In this document: positions 27,119 through 32,000 of the stretch, piece by piece
Layout of the letters: each line of letters opens with the position of its first letter
Numbering within the stretch: the stretch's first letter is position 1
The notes under the pieces: model-generated
What the model saw: only the letters and a program-made list of their open reading frames with translations
What the model was told of the DNA's origin: nothing
Database searches by the model: none
Position numbers and translations under genes: made by a program
Assembly: GCA_027460535.1 (NCBI GenBank)
Contig: JAPZAR010000007.1
Coordinates: 120,001-152,000, forward strand
Length of the DNA stretch: 32,000 nucleotides
DNA from: Candidatus Methanoperedens sp.
GTDB taxonomy: Archaea > Halobacteriota > Methanosarcinia > Methanosarcinales > Methanoperedenaceae
Direction of reading: 5' to 3'

Positions 27119-27310
27119 TTAAGATGAAACGGTTTTCGCATCAATTTTTCCAGACATCAGCCCTTTCTTTTTCCGGGCAGGCACATCATCAACATATTTA
27201 TAAGAAACAACCTTTGTTTCATGTGGCCCTTCCCACTCATCTGGTTTGATCGGCGATGCTTCTATATCTTTTATCGCCTTTTCCCTCTCTTCTTTAGTGT
27301 ATTTTTTCAT
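27119..27310 (-). CDS. Small charged protein, putative BrnA-like antitoxin (by position)
   Basis: 63 aa. It starts 5 nt after the stop of the upstream BrnT-like gene. The toxin-first order matches brnTA operons. There is no recognisable DNA-binding motif, so the call rests on context only. Confidence 0.4.
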   Translation of the reverse strand: MKKYTKEEREKAIKDIEASPIKPDEWEGPHETKVVSYKYVDDVPARKKKGLMSGKIDAKTVSS

Positions 27311-27315
27311 TGATA

Positions 27316-27603
27316 CTATGTTTTACATCTTTCCCTATATAAATTCTTATAGCCGTCCGAAGGCTCATAGGCAGTAAGCAGATAGAATCTCTGAGTAGAT
27401 TGCTGTGTCAGCACCACCATAAGGATTCTGCCCTGAGATTCACCCAATATAGTATATCTTATTTCTCCAGCGGTCTTAATCTTCCGGGAATAGGTCAGCC
27501 CATTAAGTACATTGAAAACATCCGAAACGCTAACACCATGCCTTTTTATATGGTCTTCAGCATCAGGTCCGGCTATTAACTCAATCCTTTTCCAATCAAC
27601 CAT
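27316..27603 (-). CDS. BrnT-like (DUF497-type) toxin candidate
   Basis: 95 aa. The segments DHIKRHGVSVSDVFNVL, EIRYTILGESQGRILMVVLTQ and FYLLTAYEPSDGYKNLY parallel the remembered BrnT pattern (KHGVSFEEA..., eRy..iG...grll.vv.t, iRiISAR.a...E...Y). Confidence 0.5.
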   Translation of the reverse strand: MVDWKRIELIAGPDAEDHIKRHGVSVSDVFNVLNGLTYSRKIKTAGEIRYTILGESQGRILMVVLTQQSTQRFYLLTAYEPSDGYKNLYRERCKT

Positions 27604-27774
27604 TTAAGCTTGAATAGTCCACACCGGTTTTAATACTTTCGAAACTCAGTGGGTATAAAATCTTTTAGGGTTACAATAGCTTAATTTGGCAGACAGTGTC
27701 TGCCGATTTTAAAAGGGTAATTTATCGATATCGATTCGTGACGCACTGCGTCATAAATTTGAAAATTCACATCA

Positions 27775-27887
27775 TAAAAAAACCGCGGTTGACGTGGATA
27801 CGCGCGGATCTGTGGAAATCCGTCCTATCAGTGTCATCCGTGTTCCGCACTGTGGCTGTGCTTTGCGCTCTTTGCGTCCTTTGCGGT
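27775..27887 (+). repeat. Copy B of the intergenic repeat (short form, same orientation as copy A)
   Basis: It runs AAAAAAACCGCGGTTGA, then the core GCGCGGATCTGTGGAAATCCGTCCTATCAGTGTCATCCGTGTTCCGC, then the CTTTGCG 9-mer triplet (27861-27887). See copy A for the alignment. Confidence 0.75.
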
Positions 27888-27928
27888 GGGCTGCGCCAAA
27901 ATTAGAAGCCGACATTTCAACAGTCATA

Positions 27929-28012
27929 TTATTCATCAGATGCCTCAACCATTTTACGCTTCTTCGCGATTTTTGTTCTTTTTTCAACAAGGGCTTCGAA
28001 TTCATCTGGCAT
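27929..28012 (-). CDS. Possible 27-aa micro-ORF downstream of hsdM
   Basis: It reads MPDEFEALVEKRTKIAKKRKMVEASDE and is preceded by GGAGGA, 4 nt before the ATG. It is too short to assess and is not in the ORF track. Confidence 0.2.
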   Translation of the reverse strand: MPDEFEALVEKRTKIAKKRKMVEASDE

Positions 28013-28062
28013 ATAATCCTCCAGGTTCAATAACAGCACTCCCTTCGTTTCAGCCTCTTTTT

Positions 28063-29613
28063 TCATCCGGCTTCCAGCAGCCTCTCAACATTCTCAGCAA
28101 TACGCCCTTCCAGTTCCCGCGCCTCTACATTAAGCGTTTCAAGCTCCTCGTTCAGTTCCTCAAGGCGTTCCTTGAAATCAAAATCATCAGCCTCGCGTTC
28201 AGCCACTCCAACATAGCGCCCCGGGTTCAGGCTCCAGCCCTGCGCTTCAATCTCGGAAAGTTCAGCCACTCTGCATAAACCGGGAACATCCACGTATTTA
28301 ACATCGGGGAACTTCTCTTTCAACATCGGCGCGCTGCCGTTCGTTGTTTCAGGCTCCTCGCCCCGATATAGCCGCACGATATTGGCAAGGAATTCGATTT
28401 GATCAGGCATGAAGTCTCGATGGGCGCGGTCAACCTGATGGAATATATACCGTGCGTCCAGAAAGAGGACTTTGTCCTTGCGCGGCGTTTTTAACTTGCC
28501 GCGGTCGAGGAACCAGAGAGTGCATGGCAATGTTACCGTGTAGAAGAAGTTCGAGCCAACGGCAACCATTACATCTACGGCGCCAGCTTCAATAAGCGAT
28601 TTTCGGATATCCTGCTCGCTTCCGCGGGCGTCGCTGGCTGAGTTTGCCATCACGAATCCACTGCGACCACCCTCATTCAGAGCGCTGTAAAATACCTGGA
28701 TCCAGAGATAGTTGCCATTATCAGGCTTTGGCATGCCAAATGGGAAGCGGGGGTCGTCCTTGATACGCTCCTTGTCCACTCTATCGACGTTAAACGGTGG
28801 ATTTGCCATCACGAAATCGAATTTGCCAAAGCTTTTGTGGATATCTTCGTAGTAGCTGTTGCCCTCGCGAATATCTCCAGAGAGACCATGAACCGCGAGG
28901 TTCATTTTGCACAGGCGCACAGTTTCAGCGGTTTTTTCCTGACCATAAACGCTTATCTCAGAATTGGGATTCTTCTTGTGGTTTCCCACGAAACGCGCAC
29001 TCTGGACGAACATACCGCCTGAGCCGCAGGCAGGGTCAAAGATGCGCCCGTGATAGGGCTCGATGACCTCGACTATGAGTTTAACAATAGAGGTGGGTGT
29101 AAAGAACTCGCCTCCCTTCTGCCCCTCGCTCATGGCGAACTTGCCCAGGAAATACTCATAGATCTTTCCAAAGGCATCGCCTTCAATGTCCATAGGCACA
29201 GAGTTGAATGTCTTTAATAATTCAACCAGGGTGCTGTTATCGAGGTGATTATATGTCTTGGGCAGAATGTCTTTGAGCTCTTCGTTCTCAGCCTCGATGG
29301 CGCGCATCGCTTCGTTGATGGCCTTTCCAATATCAGCACCTTCTGGCAGGTTGAGAAGCTTGGAGAATCTTGAGGCTTCAGGCAGGTACAGCACACCGCG
29401 CGCCTGGTAATCTGTTTTGCCGACGGCGCGCCTGTCTGAACTTTTACCTGCCAGCTCCTTCTGGGCTATAGTAAACTTGTGATCAGCGTAACGGAGAAAG
29501 ATCAGTCCAAGAACCGGGACTGAGTATTCCGAAGATTTTAATTTAGAATTTGCCCGTAGCTCGTCTGCGGCAGACCACAGACGTTTTTCAATCTCGTTAT
29601 GATTGCCTGCCAT
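28063..29613 (-). CDS. hsdM: Type I restriction-modification N6-adenine DNA methyltransferase subunit
   Basis: 516 aa. It has an HsdM N-terminal domain ([31 protein letters not shown]), the SAM-binding motif [12 protein letters not shown], and the catalytic motif IV NPPF (MANPPFNV). Confidence 0.95.
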   Translation of the reverse strand: MAGNHNEIEKRLWSAADELRANSKLKSSEYSVPVLGLIFLRYADHKFTIAQKELAGKSSDRRAVGKTDYQARGVLYLPEASRFSKLLNLPEGADIGKAINEAMRAIEAENEELKDILPKTYNHLDNSTLVELLKTFNSVPMDIEGDAFGKIYEYFLGKFAMSEGQKGGEFFTPTSIVKLIVEVIEPYHGRIFDPACGSGGMFVQSARFVGNHKKNPNSEISVYGQEKTAETVRLCKMNLAVHGLSGDIREGNSYYEDIHKSFGKFDFVMANPPFNVDRVDKERIKDDPRFPFGMPKPDNGNYLWIQVFYSALNEGGRSGFVMANSASDARGSEQDIRKSLIEAGAVDVMVAVGSNFFYTVTLPCTLWFLDRGKLKTPRKDKVLFLDARYIFHQVDRAHRDFMPDQIEFLANIVRLYRGEEPETTNGSAPMLKEKFPDVKYVDVPGLCRVAELSEIEAQGWSLNPGRYVGVAEREADDFDFKERLEELNEELETLNVEARELEGRIAENVERLLEAG

Positions 29614-30066
29614 TTTTGCGCCTCATTTCTCCTTCCTTGTTTGACCCGCTAAGGACGATAGGCATCCTTTAGTTAGACCGAACATATAACTTAGTATATA
29701 TTGATAAGCATATTGTCTTAAATGCAATATCGAATTATGGATTTAAATTTAAATATGTCTCCTTTTGGCTTTGTCATACCAACTCTTCCTGAGCCTTGAA
29801 GAGGAGGAATTTCTGGGGCTGTTCGCAGAATATGAGCCTTATCCCCCAAAGTCCTCAGACGCATGGAATCGAAATCATAACGGTGGCTAAAATTTATGTA
29901 CGATTAATAACAATGATTTCTTATAATGTATGTAATCCTCTCCCTTTAATTAAAAAATAGACGGGAATAAAGATGGGGAAAGGATTCGGGATAATTCATG
30001 CCTGGGGAAGCGGTTCTGGTCAGCGGGGCTCTTAATTGCTCATTTATCATTGAAATGAGGTAACGG

Positions 30067-30918
30067 ATGGAAATTAAAAGAATAGGGGTGATAGGTGCAG
30101 GGATTATGGGAGGAGGAATAGCCCAGGTCGCTGCACAGAGCGGTTATGAGGTAGTCCTGGAAGACCTGAACGAAGAATATGTAAAAGCAGGATTCACAAA
30201 AGTAAAAGAAAGACTTGAAAGAAGGGTAAGTGAAGGAAAAATTGAAAGCAAAGAGAAAGACAGGATCCTCTCGAATATAAAAACCTGCACAAGCCTGGAG
30301 GATTTTGGAAATGTTGACCTGGTGATCGAGGCGGTGGTAGAAAATGAAGATATTAAAAAACAGATTTTTAAAGAGCTTGATAGAATATGCCCCAGCGATA
30401 TCATTTTCACAACCAATACCTCTTCAATATCAATAACCAGACTTGCCCGGGTCACAGAAAGACCGAAGATCTTTGCTGGTATGCATTTCATGAACCCTGC
30501 GTACATAATGAAACTTGTGGAGGTGGTCCGGGGGTTGCACACGTCAGAGGAGACAATAGATGCGGTGAAAGCAATAGCTGAAAAAATGGGTAAAATCCCT
30601 GCTGTTGTCAATGATTCACCAGGCTTTGTAGTGAACCGTTTGCTTATGCCCATGGTAAATAATGCCATCTACTGCCTGCAGGAAGGGGTTGCTGCCAGAG
30701 AGGACATTGATACCATCATGAAGTTTGGGGCAAATCATCCGATGGGACCGCTTGAGCTTGCGGATTTTATTGGCCTTGATATTTGCCTTAATATTATAGG
30801 GGTCCTTCATTCAGAACTCGGAGAGAAATATATGCCTTGTCCATTGCTTCGAAGAATGGTAGCTGAGGGAAAGCTCGGGAGAAAAAGCGGAGAAGGATTT
30901 TATGAATACAGGAAATGA
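30067..30918 (+). CDS. hbd: 3-hydroxyacyl/3-hydroxybutyryl-CoA dehydrogenase
   Basis: 283 aa. It has an N-terminal NAD-binding motif IGVIGAGIMGGGIAQV, the segment HFMNPAYIMKLVEVVRG, and a C-terminal GRKSGEGFYEY, all typical of the Hbd/FadB C-terminal family. Confidence 0.9.
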   Translation: MEIKRIGVIGAGIMGGGIAQVAAQSGYEVVLEDLNEEYVKAGFTKVKERLERRVSEGKIESKEKDRILSNIKTCTSLEDFGNVDLVIEAVVENEDIKKQIFKELDRICPSDIIFTTNTSSISITRLARVTERPKIFAGMHFMNPAYIMKLVEVVRGLHTSEETIDAVKAIAEKMGKIPAVVNDSPGFVVNRLLMPMVNNAIYCLQEGVAAREDIDTIMKFGANHPMGPLELADFIGLDICLNIIGVLHSELGEKYMPCPLLRRMVAEGKLGRKSGEGFYEYRK

Positions 30919-31677
30919 ACTCGTAAAGATTGAGAAGAAAAAGGATATCGCGATTCTAATATTGAACAGACCTGAAGCTATGAATGTCCTGGATACCAGA
31001 ATGCTTCAGGAATTCGGGTCTTTTTTGACCGAGCTTGAGAATGACAAAGAGATTAGAGCCGTAATTATAACCGGTGAAAAAAATTTCTGCGCGGGGGCAG
31101 ACATTAAAGAAATCAAAATAAAACATCCGGCGGAAGCAGAAATGTTTTCAAGGCTGGGTCATAGAGTCTTCAATCAGCTTGAAAATATTGAAAAACCGGT
31201 GATCGCTGCAATTAAAGGCTATGCACTGGGGGGAGGATGTGAACTTTGTCTTGCCTGTGACATAAGGATCGCTGCCGATGATGCAAAATTCGGCCAGACT
31301 GAAATCAATCTTGGTCTTATTCCCGGGTTTGGAAGCACCCAGCGGCTGACAAGACTCGTGGGGATAGGGAAAGCAAAGGAGATGATACTTACGGGTAGGA
31401 TTATAGGCGCAAAAGAGGCAGAATCAATCGGGCTTGTCAATATGGTTGTGAAGAATGAAGAGCTTGCGAAAAAGGCAGAAGAAACTGCACAGGTTCTGGC
31501 TCAAAAAGCCCTCTAACTATTAAAATAGCTAAAATGTTGATAAATAAGAATCTGGAAATGAAAAAAGGACTTGAGATGGAGATAATTTCGTTCTCCGAAT
31601 GCTTTGCCTCCCAGGATCATATGGAAGGTATAAACGCCTTCCTGGAAAAGAGAAAGCCCAGGTTCAAGGGTAATTGA
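30902..31677 (+). pseudogene. Enoyl-CoA hydratase (crotonase), reading frame broken near the 3' end
   Basis: The 204-aa ORF (crotonase motifs FCAGADIKE, KGYALGGGCELCLACDIRIA) stops at 31514-31516. The C-terminal ~55 residues typical of the family continue in another frame to the TGA at 31675-31677 (KSPLTIKIAKMLINKNLEM...EGINAFLEKRKPRFKGN). One extra A in the A5 run at 31503-31507 would restore a single ORF. Confidence 0.75.
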
Positions 31678-31685
31678 TCTTTAAA

Positions 31686-31907
31686 ATGTCCGAAAAATTC
31701 GACGTCATAATTGTAGGCTCTGGGCCAGGGTGCAGCAGCTTATTCGCTTGCAAAGATGAGGTATTGATGGTAGAGAAGGGCAAGTATCCTGGGGCTAAGA
31801 ATGGCGGGAGGATGTATGTGCATCGGTATCTGCTTCATGCATGCAATAAAGTCCATGATCACTTTTTCTTTTTTTTTATTATGGTCTTAGCATCAGTGAT
31901 TCAATAA
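31686..31907 (+). pseudogene. Stub of a FixC/ETF-QO-like FAD-dependent oxidoreductase (N-terminal ~55 codons only)
   Basis: The ORF frame reads MSEKFDVIIVGSGPG...VLMVEKGKYPGAKNGGRMYVH, a dinucleotide-binding N-terminus. It reads CSSLFAC where an alternative frame over ~31727-31760 reads GAAAYSLAK, the expected continuation. Similarity ends near 31850, and the ORF tail runs into the convergent gene's 3' region. Confidence 0.5.
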
Positions 31908-32000
31908 GGCGCGAACTCTTTTCCCAGGATCTCTCTGCCAATAATTATCTTCATGATGTTTTGTGCTCCCTCAGCCCCTATAATATAGGAAGCCACGCCC
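31901..32000 (-). CDS. Acyl-CoA dehydrogenase, C-terminal 32 codons (rest lies beyond the window edge)
   Basis: The minus strand reads GVASYIIGAEGAQNIMKIIIGREILGKEFAPY-stop (TGA = complement of 31901-31903). This resembles the conserved ACAD C-terminal helix (I.EGT.EIQ..II.R.LL). It is not in the ORF track because it is short and truncated. Confidence 0.5.
   Translation of the reverse strand, partial: GVASYIIGAEGAQNIMKIIIGREILGKEFAPY

Noticed and set aside
26520-27895. Idea that the BrnT/A-like cassette is an integron gene cassette with an attC-like hairpin
   Set aside because: There is no integrase or attI in the window. The flanking elements are direct repeats of a multi-copy family that is also found in the gltS operon. 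The hairpin module does not show the R''/L''-L'/R' architecture I would expect. Not supportable from this sequence.
27886-28278. 130-aa plus-strand ORF overlapping the 3' end of hsdM
   Set aside because: It is antisense to hsdM, begins inside repeat copy B, and is Ser/Phe/Leu-rich with no domain signal.

Overview
This is an archaeal chromosomal window. The gene content fits a Methanosarcinales/ANME-type euryarchaeon, but that lineage call is inference only.

Gene order, left to right:
- 5'-truncated cdhA, then cdhB, cdhC and cooC (ACDS/CODH genes). No cdhD/E follow.
- A REC-PAS response regulator, several membrane or hypothetical genes, and an ATP-grasp ligase.
- A vapBC-type toxin-antitoxin (TA) locus lying tail-to-tail with a decayed second copy.
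- clpB, hsp20, surE and a SecB-like gene.
- An HdrB-HdrC-like fusion protein translationally coupled to a three-gene split archaeal glutamate synthase.
- An ~8.5 kb type I R-M island with hsdR, hsdS and hsdM all on the minus strand.
- A partly decayed beta-oxidation-like cluster: hbd, a frameshifted crotonase, a fixC-like stub and an acyl-CoA dehydrogenase tail.

The best candidate for something new is the R-M island. The hsd genes are separated by two unrelated small two-gene modules. One is a DUF6516-like pair in the position PrrC occupies in the E. coli prr locus. The other is a BrnT/BrnA-like pair. A mosaic repeat also sits in the island, with two same-orientation copies bracketing the BrnT/A-like cassette. 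One of those copies carries a dense array of perfect hairpins that can pair in mutually exclusive ways. A third, inverted copy of the repeat sits inside the glutamate synthase operon.

Second priority is the Hdr-like/glutamate synthase linkage.

Three apparent indel lesions (vapC start, crotonase, fixC-like stub) could be gene decay or assembly error. They need checking against reads.

All functional calls rest on motif recognition by eye. No database search was possible.
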